Positions 13,658-23,424 of a stretch of DNA of 64,000 nt are shown here, piece after piece. The translations under genes were made by a program, and so were the position numbers. The notes beneath the pieces are model-generated. The model made no database searches and was not told where the DNA came from. It worked only from the letters and a program-made list of their open reading frames with translations. Numbering within the stretch: position 1 is the stretch's first letter; the number at the start of each line of letters is the position of its first letter. The DNA comes from Octopus vulgaris (Eukaryota), in the NCBI GenBank assembly GCA_951406725.2, contig OX597819.1:90954001-91018000 (forward strand). Direction: 5' to 3'.

Positions 13658-13730
13658 ATATGTGGCAATTATTCGGTAGCCATGATAAAACTCAGAGTTT
13701 TAGCATGGCTACTGAATATTTGTCACATAT
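13658..13730. repeat. Palindrome with 36-bp arms and a 1-nt spacer
   Basis: ATATGTGGCAATTATTCGGTAGCCATGATAAAACTC-A-GAGTTTTAGCATGGCTACTGAATATTTGTCACATAT, 4 mismatches. Confidence 0.92.
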
Positions 13731-13858
13731 TATATTTACTCATATATATTATATATATATATGATATTATATATATATAATATATATATATGGAACGCCA
13801 TGTTGGATCGCTAGCCCCTACACGCAATTTTTTTCTCTCCTTGTTTCTTTTCTGTGTA

Positions 13859-13896
13859 TCTTTCTGTTGAAGAGTGTAGGCTCGAAATGTAAAAGA
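13859..13896 (+). ncRNA. Minimal type I hammerhead-ribozyme-like motif with atypical core
   Basis: TCTTT-CTGTTGA-A-GAGT-GTAG-GCTC-GAAA-TG-TA-AAAGA: stem I TCTTT/AAAGA, stem II GAG(C)/GCTC, GAAA, and a GUA triplet. A sister motif is on minus at about 52932-52969. Confidence 0.5.
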
Positions 13897-14007
13897 CTTG
13901 TTTTATTTCTATTCCTGAGCGCCATACTAATACATTATTTGTTTGTACTCCACCTGCCTTCGTCTTTTGTTTATTTTCGTAAACCTTCCGTTATATATAT
14001 ATATATA

Positions 14008-14397
14008 GGCGCAGGAGTGTCTGTGTGGTAAGTAGCTTGTTTACCGACCACATGGTTCCGGGTTCAGTCCCACTACGTGGCACCTTGGGAAAGTGTCTTC
14101 TACTATAGCCTCGGGCCGACCAAAGCCTTGTGAGTGGATTTGGTAGACAGAAACTGAAAGAAGCCTGTCGTATATATATATATATATATGTATGCATGTG
14201 TCTGTGTTTGTCCCCCTAGCATTGCTTGACAACCGATGCTGGTGTGTTTATGTCCCCATTACTTAGTGGTTTGGCAAAAGAGACCAATAGAATAAGTACT
14301 GGGCTTACAAAAGAATAAGTTCTGGGGTCGAGTTGCTTGATTAAAGGCGGTGCTCCAGCATGGCCGCAGTCAAATGACTGAAACAAGTAAAAGAGTA
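14008..14397 (+). mobile_element. Full-length tRNA-derived SINE, family A (representative young copy)
   Basis: tRNA-like head GGCGCAGGAGTG(G)CTGTGTGGTAAG...GGTTCAGTCC (A/B boxes), central GCCTTGTGAGTGGATTTGGTAGACGGAAACTGAAAGAAGCC block, internal (TA)n, and tail ...GACTGAAACAAGTAAAAGAG. Other copies: about 2960-3375(+), 10605-11000(-), 13020-13190(+), 14955-15285(-), 16455-16820(-), 27860-27940, 29520-29860, 30535-30745, 30970-31360, 31741-31820, 35785-36160, 48340-48930(-), 53415-53640, 60250-60720, 63885-64000. Confidence 0.9.
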
Positions 14398-14438
14398 TAT
14401 ATATATATAATTATATACATATGTATAATATATATATA

Positions 14439-14480
<42 letters not shown>

Positions 14481-16859
14481 TATATATTAGATATAATATA
14501 TATGTAATATATATATATATACATATATACATGTAATATATATATATATATATATACACACACATATATATGTATAATATATATATGTGTATGTAGATGC
14601 ATGTTGGTGTCTCCTCTGTCTTGACATCGCATAAAGTTGTAAACATTTCAATATCTTGCAAAATATATGTCTGATCATGGGGAAATATTTCTTGGGCACA
14701 GGTAAAGGTTGAAGATAGGAAGAACATCCAGCTATAGAAAATCTGTCTCAATAAACTCCATTCAACCCATGCAAGCATGAAAAAGTGTATATTTAAATGA
14801 TTATGATGATGATGATATTGGGTTGTCAGATTAATTTATTCATTTTTTTCTCAAGTATTTTAAACTGTTCCAATGTTGTTTGAATTAGCACAACAAATGT
14901 TTTTTTATCACAGGGTTTTTTTTCCTATCATCACAATTCTTCCCCTACAACTGTTCTTTTATCTTTTACTTGTTTCAGTTATTTGACTGCAACCATATTG
15001 GGGCAGTGTCTTGAAGGGTTTTAGTCAAGCAAATCAACCCCAGATTTTGTTGTCTTAAACCTAGTACTTATTCTATCAGTTCTTTTGCTGAACCACTAAG
15101 CTAAGTTATGGGGATATAAGCACTCCAACACCAGTTGTGAAACAGTGGGGACAGACAAACTGATATATGATGGGCTTCTTTCAGTTTCCATCTACCAAAT
15201 TGACTCACAAGGCTATAGTAGAAGGCACTTGCCTAAGGTGCCATGCAATGGGACTGAACCTGGAACCAGGTTGTTGGGAAGCAGTCTTGCCTGAAATTTT
15301 TGAAATTTGAATGAATTTTACCACTTTTTAGACACATGATGATGGAATACCAAGTAGAAAATCCTGACAAAATTCTCTGACCTACCAGTATAAGTATTGG
15401 TAGAGAAGTGTTTGAGGGAGATTTGGTATCAATTTCTTGCAAGCCTGCATAAAGGCTTCTTTGCTATACTCATACTGTCACACTGCACCCTTATGTCTTT
15501 GCCTTTTATCATTGAATTTCTGATCAAATATTATAACTGTCAGCTGGACAAAGACATGGTACAGGATGAGAAAATGGATCTATGGTTTGTCAGTTGTCTA
15601 CAAGCTATACGACTGCTTGATCAGGGCTGGCTTGAGACATCATCAGCTCCCTATGTGTGTGGATGTCATGTCATCTCATTTAAGAGTTCAATGTTTTAAG
15701 ATGAAATCTAGCAGGTTCTCTCAAGTCTTTCACTTTCCTCTAATACAGACCACCATGAATCGAGGAGCCTGTACATGTTCACTCACCATGCTGAAAATAG
15801 CAGTCAAATTTCCCTCAAGTCACATGCTATTATCTCACTAAAAGGAAAAATGCATTTGATTGGCATAGCCCTACTTATATTAATTATGAAAAAAAAAAAA
15901 AAATTAAATTAAATAAAAAAAAACTGGTATTGTCATAGCTGGAATGATTTTTTACTAAAGGTCTACTCAACTAGGACTGACAAACTTAAAATACATTTTA
16001 AGTAGTAAGCAACATCCATTGTCCTTACATGTTTCTCCTAGAAGTATTTAGTAATATATCATTAATTTCCACTCACTTGTGAGAGCATTGAGGGCTTAGT
16101 GAATAGTGTAGAAGACACTCAGCTAAGTGGTCAGTGGTTTGTAACCTGTCACCACCAACAACACTGTATACTAAGTAATTAATTCTAAAATTGGCTCAGT
16201 CCACCTGACTGAAAATAAGTACCATATGGGGTATGAACTGAATATCTTGCTGTTTTAAGCAGTAGCAACATTGTGGAATTGTTGTGTCACATTGTATGAC
16301 AGGTTCTGTCTAGTCTTTGAGTATGATCTGGAAAGCTGGGTCTTCAGTGTTTTGGTACTAAGAACATTTCCTGAACCATCACTATATAAAAATCAATCAA
16401 TCCCAGTTTTTTTTAATTCTTTTAGTTTTGAATTTAGATATTTGTCATCAACTTTTATCTTTTACTTGTCTCCGTCAGTAGATTGTAGCCATGCTGGGGC
16501 ACTGCCTTGAAGAACATTTTTAGTCAAACAAATCAATGCCAGTACTTTTTGTTTTTAAAAACCAGGTACTTCTATTGTATTCATTTGCTAAACTGCTAAG
16601 TTACAGCAGATATAAATACACTAACACCAGTTATCAAGTAATAGTGGGAGACAAATACAAAAAAACACACATGTACATCATGGGCTTCTTTCAGTTTTCT
16701 TCTACCAAATCCACTCAAGGCTTAAAGCTATTGAAGACTGCCCAAGGTGCCAAGCAGTGAAACTGAACCTGGAACCATGTAGTTAGGAAAGAAAGCTTCT
16801 TACCACACACCCATGCCTACAGTTTATTTTTTCTTGTGCAGTATTTTTTAAATGTATTT

Positions 16860-17300
16860 TGTGTACCTGGGACATTGTTTTTATCCTAGTTGTTACTATC
16901 AGTTTTACTGACATTTTTCTGGATGCATTATGCTGTTTGCCACACTGCTTCTTATGATAGGTTTGTAACTTTCTGATGTACATCAAGTGAACAGAATCAA
17001 CTCTTTTCAGTTTTAAGTTCTTTCCTGACAAACAGCCTTCTTTATATGTAAGGATAAAACAGCAACATATGACTTTTCTTGCTTTGTTCGATAATTCAGA
17101 AAATAAAAATTCTAGAATTATATTTGTGAAATTGTGTGAATGCAATAAATTATGATGTTCTTTGTAAAGTGAGGAGTAGCCTCTACCCATATTAGCAATC
17201 CTATCACAAGCTATACAGTATATTATAGTTGAAACCTTTTGGGTGTGCAGTGACAGCCTTTGTTAAATCACACTGCTGACTGAAGCTTCTACAGTCACTT
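16860..17300 (-). pseudogene. Possible highly decayed R4/Dong-like LINE fragment
   Basis: HPKGFNYNILYS followed, after a frameshift, by GRGYSSL resembles the HPKS...RLY.PR..GGRGL.S motif. This is a single weak motif. Confidence 0.35.
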
Positions 17301-20300
17301 CAAACTGCAGCCTATTTAGGTTAAAAATGGGAGTTTTAATCCCAAGTCAATTTTGTTTTGTTGATCTTTCTTCAACTTCCAGTCAATATTTAGGAAGTCA
17401 CATTCTACTAGCTGACACATTTTCAGGCTATAGGAGAGAAAATATTTTATACTGAAAGAAATTAAAATCTTTCATAAGTCTTCTTCACCAAAAATTGATC
17501 CTAGTACAAAGTAAACCAATCAAGCTACTCAATCACTTTCAAATTACTTTGCATTTAACCACAGTTTCATCCCCCACCCAATTCTGCTCTAAAAATGCTA
17601 AATTAAAATGGAAGTTAGAGAAATTCAATGCTTTCTCTCAGGACAGTGTAGTCAAAAGACTGATACTTAATTCAGTTAATACTGCATGTTAGTAGAAAAG
17701 TAAAAATCTAACTTTTAATACCTTGCAATATTTAGTTGTCCTTTCTCCACATTGAATCCAAATCCAGTCAGTAAAGGGAGAAGGGTACAAATTAAAGAGT
17801 AAAAAATGAAAATTCAACTTGAAAGTGACCAAGTAGCTTTGGTAGTTTACAACACCAAGATCAAATCTTGGACAAGAGACCTAAAAAAAAGAATTATAAA
17901 AAATAAATTTCAGTTTCTTCTCAGTATAAAATGAAATATATAATCTCAAAATATGTCAGGATAATGTGAGAGCCCTTCTTTTGACTTAGTTGGAAACTGT
18001 AGAAAGAAAACCAGGAAAATGAAATGACTGAACCAGGAATCAAGCTTACTTTCACATGAGCCTTTTCTAAGATGGTAGGATAGTATTCAAGGAATATTTG
18101 GTTTCAAACTACTGTGACATACCTGGTAAAATAAGTTTCAAGTATGTATATATACAACAAAGTTAATTCAATTCATTTCATCTATTTTGCAAATAAATTT
18201 GTTGTGTGGCCAATGCCAATTTTAGTGGATCATTTGTCTAAGCTTCACAGTTTTCCAAGTTGAAAATTTCTGGTTACAAAAGAAATGAACTTCCAGTAAT
18301 TAATTACACAAGCTAAAATGTTATTGTTGTTGTAGCTAAGATTCCAAGCTAACTTTGATCTTTTTTTTTTTTTTTAAACAATGGGCTGAGATGGAGATTT
18401 GGCTGTTTCTGCTAGGTCAAGTAATGATGTGACTGCACTTTTTTTTTTTGTTCCTTTCATAATCTTGCCAGCTCAGCTGAAGCAGCTGTTTTGGATCTTG
18501 GCATTTATCAATTAAAAACAAAGCCCTGCAGCAGGCAATTTTTTTTCCATGAAAACAATGCAATCCAAATTGTATTTTCCTCATTTTATGAACGAATATA
18601 GACCAATAGCAGCCAGATGCAATAAGATGGTAATCTCCTATTTGTAGGTAATTAGAATACGAAAGAAAAACTACCGGAATTCTCGTAGAAATTAGTGTGT
18701 ATGATGGAAATCCTCTGCCTTTTAATGTAATTAATAATCGGTAATCACTGAGCTAAGAACCGAGAGATTTAATGCTAATTTTCTAATCTGTATTAAAAAA
18801 AACCTTTTTGTAAATTCACTTGATTTAGTATTGTCAAAGAAAAATTACTTCTTACATTAAATGTTCAGGAGAGAAAATATATTTTAAGCAATAAATATAA
18901 AATGCTGCTTGTGTCCAAGCACTATCATCGTTGGTTAAAATTAACCCTAGACTATCAGTAAATTCTAATTTGCGACGTCTTAAAAATAAAATAAAATTTT
19001 AAAAAACCCTAATTTTTACGCTTAACTCTCCAAAATTCCAATTAAGCCAATATACGAATAATAGATCAATAATTAAAGTGCCTCCGGCAAGACCATGATG
19101 CGAAAGAAGGCCGCTTTGTTAATGCTATACCCACAGAAAAGCAATATGTTGTCAAGTCAGCCAGATTGTCAATTCAAATTACTAATTAAAATGTAGAGCT
19201 ACTGAAGATGAAATTGAAGTATTTCACTTGAACAACCTACGAATTCAAGGTAGGAGATAAAGCCATCAGTTTTAATTCATGGAACCCGACTTCACGATGT
19301 GACTAAAAATACACGATTCCATTTTCTCAATTTAGATGGCAATTCAGATTCGAGAAAAAAAAAAAATTCTAGCCACGTACACATTAAGATCCGTTATAAA
19401 TAAACATCAGGTGACGAAATAAAACTAGTTTTACATGTGTTGAATTCGTTTATATTAAACCGGGTGAATCTTGAGAGACTAATTCGGATAGGGTAATTAG
19501 TGGGCGAAAGCAATATGATTAATTAGCACGCTAAACAGTTAAAAGTCGGCGACTAGGTGTCTAAGAAAACTTTCAAACAATTTCAAAATGACTAAAATCA
19601 TAATGCATCACAGTAAGAATATTGGGTTAATTGTCAGTACATAATTAGGTAAAATACCCATAATTATATCTTCCACACAATACAGTAGACCTGAAAGAAA
19701 GGATTCAAATTAAAACTTTGCATAGCAAAATAACCAAAATAATCCATTTTGCGCAAAATCTTTAAATACGTTTTTTCAGCTCGGCATCAACCAATTTCAT
19801 TGACGAAACAAAATTAAAAGTACCAAAATTAAATAAATAAACAAATAAACCCTAACTATTCCATGGTACTATTGACATTTCCTTTGTGTTTGTAAACATC
19901 TGTTAATCTCCTGTTTAGTAGTTGTTGGCCAAGTTTCCACAATAGAGACGGCGGCGGCAGAGGACGTCGCCCCCACCACCACCACCACGATGACAGCCAA
20001 ACTGTTACATACACTTCCAGTCAGTCAGTGCGTGTATATGATGTGTGTGTGTGTGTGTATGTGTGCGCGTATTGTATACGGTACCTGTGTGTGTGTATGC
20101 ATGAGAGTTTGTATACATCTAATGAATTACCAGTAAAATAAAAGGCGGACTTTTGTTTACAGAAGTTTACCAGGAGGCTTCAAGCGAAGGAGGGAAAAGA
20201 TAAACGGACAGATGATCCCGCCAATAATTACGAAATCTAAACTAACTGATTGCTATTTTTTGGCTCCATAGAAAACAGATTGCGTTAATCAACTTTTTAT

Positions 20301-21454
20301 TGAGTTTATAACTTCCGATGCTAGATCAGAAAAGTTATCGGTAGTCAGAATAGTGGCATCTCAAAGCAAAATTCCAAAGTTTAGCTAATTATTTAGCGTA
20401 CCGATGAATTAGAAAAATAAAAAGTCAAAAGACTGTGCGTACAAATTAGCTTCCAAAAATAAGTTACGTATCACCATTAAAAATTAACTTTTTGACATTC
20501 AATAATAAAAAGCTTCAATAAATAGTTTAAGACGATCGATTTCGCCGTCGCCAGTTCAAATGGCATGAGAGGACACTGGGCTTTTTTTTTCCACCTCAAA
20601 TTTTCTCGAAATTGCTCTTATGAAATGGAGTATTAAAATAACCAACCAAATAAAAAAAAATTGTACACTATTAGACTAATTAATCAGTTACTATATGTGT
20701 ATTATCTATATATATTGTGACTATGAGTAAATAGTAGCAAAGAGAGAGAGTGATCTAAAAATAGGTGTTGTTATTCCTTGCTTGATAGGGGAGAGGAAGT
20801 GGCTCCTTTATATTACATAGCAACCACGGTCGATTGTCATATTTCGATATTTAGTCATCTATCCTGACGCTGCTGCTATTATTACGAGGGGAAGCCAAGA
20901 AAATATTTCAATGGTATTCATTCCATCTGCAGGAAATGGGGGGAAATATTTAACTTTGTACGCGCACTCAAAGACAAATATTGATTTCTGTATAGTGACG
21001 GGAGTATGGAAAAACCCCTATAATTTTAAGTATATTTCTATACAGGGAATGGGAAATGAATGTATGGGAAACGGTTTTCTGGTCTGATTGATCGAAGTCG
21101 GGAATTTTTAGATGACTTAACCATTCTTCAGGCAAAAATGAAGAAATCGTAAGTTTCATTGTTTGAAGTGATTGAAATAGCGAAACTGTCCAACCATTAC
21201 GAGAGATGTTTGTTTTCTTTAGTAAAACATATCAGTTTAGTAAGACAAAGAAAAAGGTGATAAAAAAAAAAGTATATACATACCATATTGATGGTTATTA
21301 ACAAGAGAAAGTGACAATTTAGTTCTACCTATCATTAATTTAACCAAAAAAAAAAAAAAAAAGGTGGTCAAGTTTAAAGTTAGGTATTAAATCTAACCAC
21401 AATTGGAAATATATAAATCTCCCAAACAAAAATATAAATTAAAAAGAAACATTT

Positions 21455-22190
21455 TAAATAAATTCATTACAATTTTATTGCAATTCTCTTTTTTGTTTTT
21501 TCATTTTTACTAAAAAAAAAATTATATAAAATAAAAGTTTCTGCAATTGGCATCTCGTACAGACATTTTAAAAAGACTAAATTGAATGCAGAGGTCAGGA
21601 TGATTTCATGAAAGACTTTTTGAAAAAAATTTATCAATGGATTGAAGTTTTGAGAGGGGGTGGGGGAACAGAATTTTGAGGGGAGGGGAATACGGTTGTA
21701 GATCAACCGAGCACCTTGAAAAAAAAAACTTATAAAAAAAAAAAACAACTTAATATTACTACCCTTTCGATGTTTACACTGAGGGAGGAAAAAAAAAAAT
21801 CTCTTGAGGTAAAAATGTTGAAAGTTTTCTTTTACCCCCCACCAGTGTCGAGAAGAGTTTCTTTTTTGTTCCCCAATACCAAGATGGCCAAAATATTTTT
21901 TGTTGCTTTTCATTTTACTACAAAATTACTCTTTTTTTTCAATCTATAAATGGGAGTCTTTTTCCTTAATATAATAGATTATTATATATCTCAAAAGCTT
22001 GAAATAACCATCATCCAATTAATTCAGAGTCCGTGAAACGAAAACAAGTCAAGAGATCCGTCGTATGTACAAATGTAAATTTTTTTTTTTTGTTGGTAAA
22101 TTTTTTTTTTCTAAAAAAAGTTAGGAAGTAGTTTTTTCTTCCAGCTTTCTTTTAAAAAAAATATTTTTTTTTTCTTTTATGGAAGGAGAT
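21455..22190 (-). other. Probable BTG 3'UTR ending at an AATAAA polyadenylation signal
   Basis: Minus-strand AATAAA at 21474-21479 followed by a U-rich downstream element (TGTTTCTTTTTAATTTATATTTTTGTTT). The region is repeat-free and contains several ATTTA pentamers and a TGTACATA Pumilio element at 22064-22071. Confidence 0.6.
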
Positions 22191-22832
22191 TTAACTAAAT
22201 ACACAAGTGGCCAAGTGTTTCATTGAATCTCCGGTAATGGGTAAGGAATTGATAAATTGATCCTTACAAGAGGAAAGTAGGGCAGTCCCTTTAGACTCTG
22301 ACTGAGATGTTGATGGTGAGGAGATGGTGAGATTGGTAGTGGTGTTGTTGTTGTTGGTGTTATTGTTTGGTCTCGGTGTGATGATGGAACTGTTGGAGAT
22401 GGAGGAAGAGAAGTTAGAAGTGTACGTAGTGTTGTTAGTGTTGTTGCCGGGCGTGCTACAAGACTCCAAACTACTGGAACTTGTGCCCCGGTAAAGTATT
22501 CCTATGCTGCCGTTTTCACCGATTCTATAAGAAACGTCCAGTGGATCTATCCACACAGTCAATTCACGAGGGAAGAATGTGAAGATTTCTTCCTCTGTAA
22601 ATCCGCACCTCTCGCCAGCTACTTTAATCAGAGGATCCATTTTGTGATTCATCCGGAGGCATCGGTAGCCACTGCCTTTGTTGGGTTTCTCCGGGAACCA
22701 ATGATCTCTATAGTGACTCAGAAGAAGGGACTGTAGGTAACATTTGAATAAATCTGTTTTCTCCGTACATATGGAGTGGGTCCTGAGAATACTGGACAGA
22801 AATTCGGTAGCGCTTGCTACTTCGTTCATCAT
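22191..22832 (-). CDS. BTG: BTG/Tob family anti-proliferative protein, BTG1/BTG2-like, 213 aa, single coding exon
   Basis: Translation shows the APRO domain: EVASATEFLS, HYRDHWFPEKPNKGSGYRCLRMN (box A), FPRELTVWIDPLDVSYRIGE (box B), NGSIGILY (box C-like, cf. DGSICVLY of vertebrate BTG1/2), and a C-terminal SCKDQF resembling BTG1 SCKEEL. The track ORF starts at a TTG (22871); the first in-frame ATG is 22832 (context gcACGATGATG, purine at -3). Stop TAA at 22191-22193. The family call is secure, but orthology to BTG1 versus BTG2 cannot be resolved. Confidence 0.96.
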   Translation of the reverse strand: MMNEVASATEFLSSILRTHSICTEKTDLFKCYLQSLLLSHYRDHWFPEKPNKGSGYRCLRMNHKMDPLIKVAGERCGFTEEEIFTFFPRELTVWIDPLDVSYRIGENGSIGILYRGTSSSSLESCSTPGNNTNNTTYTSNFSSSISNSSIITPRPNNNTNNNNTTTNLTISSPSTSQSESKGTALLSSCKDQFINSLPITGDSMKHLATCVFS

Positions 22833-23300
22833 CGTGCTGACAAAAACATTCAGAGATGGAACTTCAGTCAAAAGAAGGGATTAGCACAACGCAGAAGCAA
22901 TTTAAAAATTAAATTATATAATTATTGGTTTTCTTTTTCTTGTTGGTGTTTCGGTAGAGGTTCAGTTGAATACTGTTAGAATTATGAAGAACTTTCTGGC
23001 TTTTTCTAAAACAGTTGGCTTAAGTTTACGCTTCCGAAGAAAAGAGAAAAAAACGTAGATTTTCTTGCGTGAAGATAACAGACAAATAGGGGGGAAAAAG
23101 AATCAATTTTGTTCTCTATCCAACAACAGTCTGTTTGGTATATATATATACTTTGGTGGGTTTTTTTGTTTTTTCTTGGTTTTCTTTGAGAGCTGTAAAA
23201 AGTGGTTCTTTGTTTGGTCGCCAGTAAGGTAGGAAGAGAGAGAACTGCAGAAGCGTAATGGACGTATATATCAACAACAGGAACACAACTAACGCCAAAC
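22833..23300 (-). other. Probable BTG 5'UTR (about 450 nt)
   Basis: No minus-strand ATG between 22850 and 23342, although several are expected by chance at this base composition. Inr-like TTAGTT at 23287-23292. The TSS position is inferred. Confidence 0.6.
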
Positions 23301-23320
23301 GACAGAGGAGTAGGACGAGC

Positions 23321-23424
23321 AATAATATAAGGGAACTGACGTCATAAAACGATGACGATTTTGTCTAGCTATCCAATCAGATTCGGCTATTCACCCTCTC
23401 CCCCCATTTTCATACCATATATGG
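23321..23424 (-). promoter_or_regulatory. Putative BTG proximal promoter: TATA-like element, full CRE, half CRE, CCAAT box, CArG box
   Basis: TATA-like TTATATTATT on minus at 23321-23330; palindromic TGACGTCA 23337-23344; TGACG 23353-23357; CCAATCAG 23373-23380; CCATATATGG (CC[A/T]6GG) 23415-23424. All fall within about 100 bp, just upstream of an ATG-free leader. Confidence 0.75.

Noticed and set aside
14008-14085. tRNA gene candidates (also about 1952, 31741, 60460-60528, 62392)
   Set aside because: The A/B boxes belong to SINE heads that run directly into SINE bodies. No complete cloverleaf or terminator was seen.
12961-14778. Numerous YIYI/CVCV-rich ORFs here and throughout the window
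   Set aside because: They are (TA)n and (TG)n microsatellite translations, or antisense readings of SINEs.
18051-18122. Minus-strand exon candidate with good acceptor (TTTTACCAG) and donor (GTAAGC)
   Set aside because: Stops in all three frames and overlap with a family E repeat fragment. It cannot be supported without RNA data.
19859-19867. ACCATGG Kozak-perfect start on the minus strand in the downstream CpG-rich region
   Set aside because: It reads ATG GAA TAG (two codons) with no convincing splice donor.
21467-21949. ORFs overlapping the BTG 3' region (148 aa minus, 77 aa plus)
   Set aside because: Low-complexity K/F-rich translations of poly-A and poly-T runs in the UTR, with no recognisable homology.
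22833-22871. N-terminal extension MTEVPSLNVFVST of the BTG ORF in the track
   Set aside because: It begins at TTG. BTG homology starts at the ATG at 22832, which has a good Kozak context.
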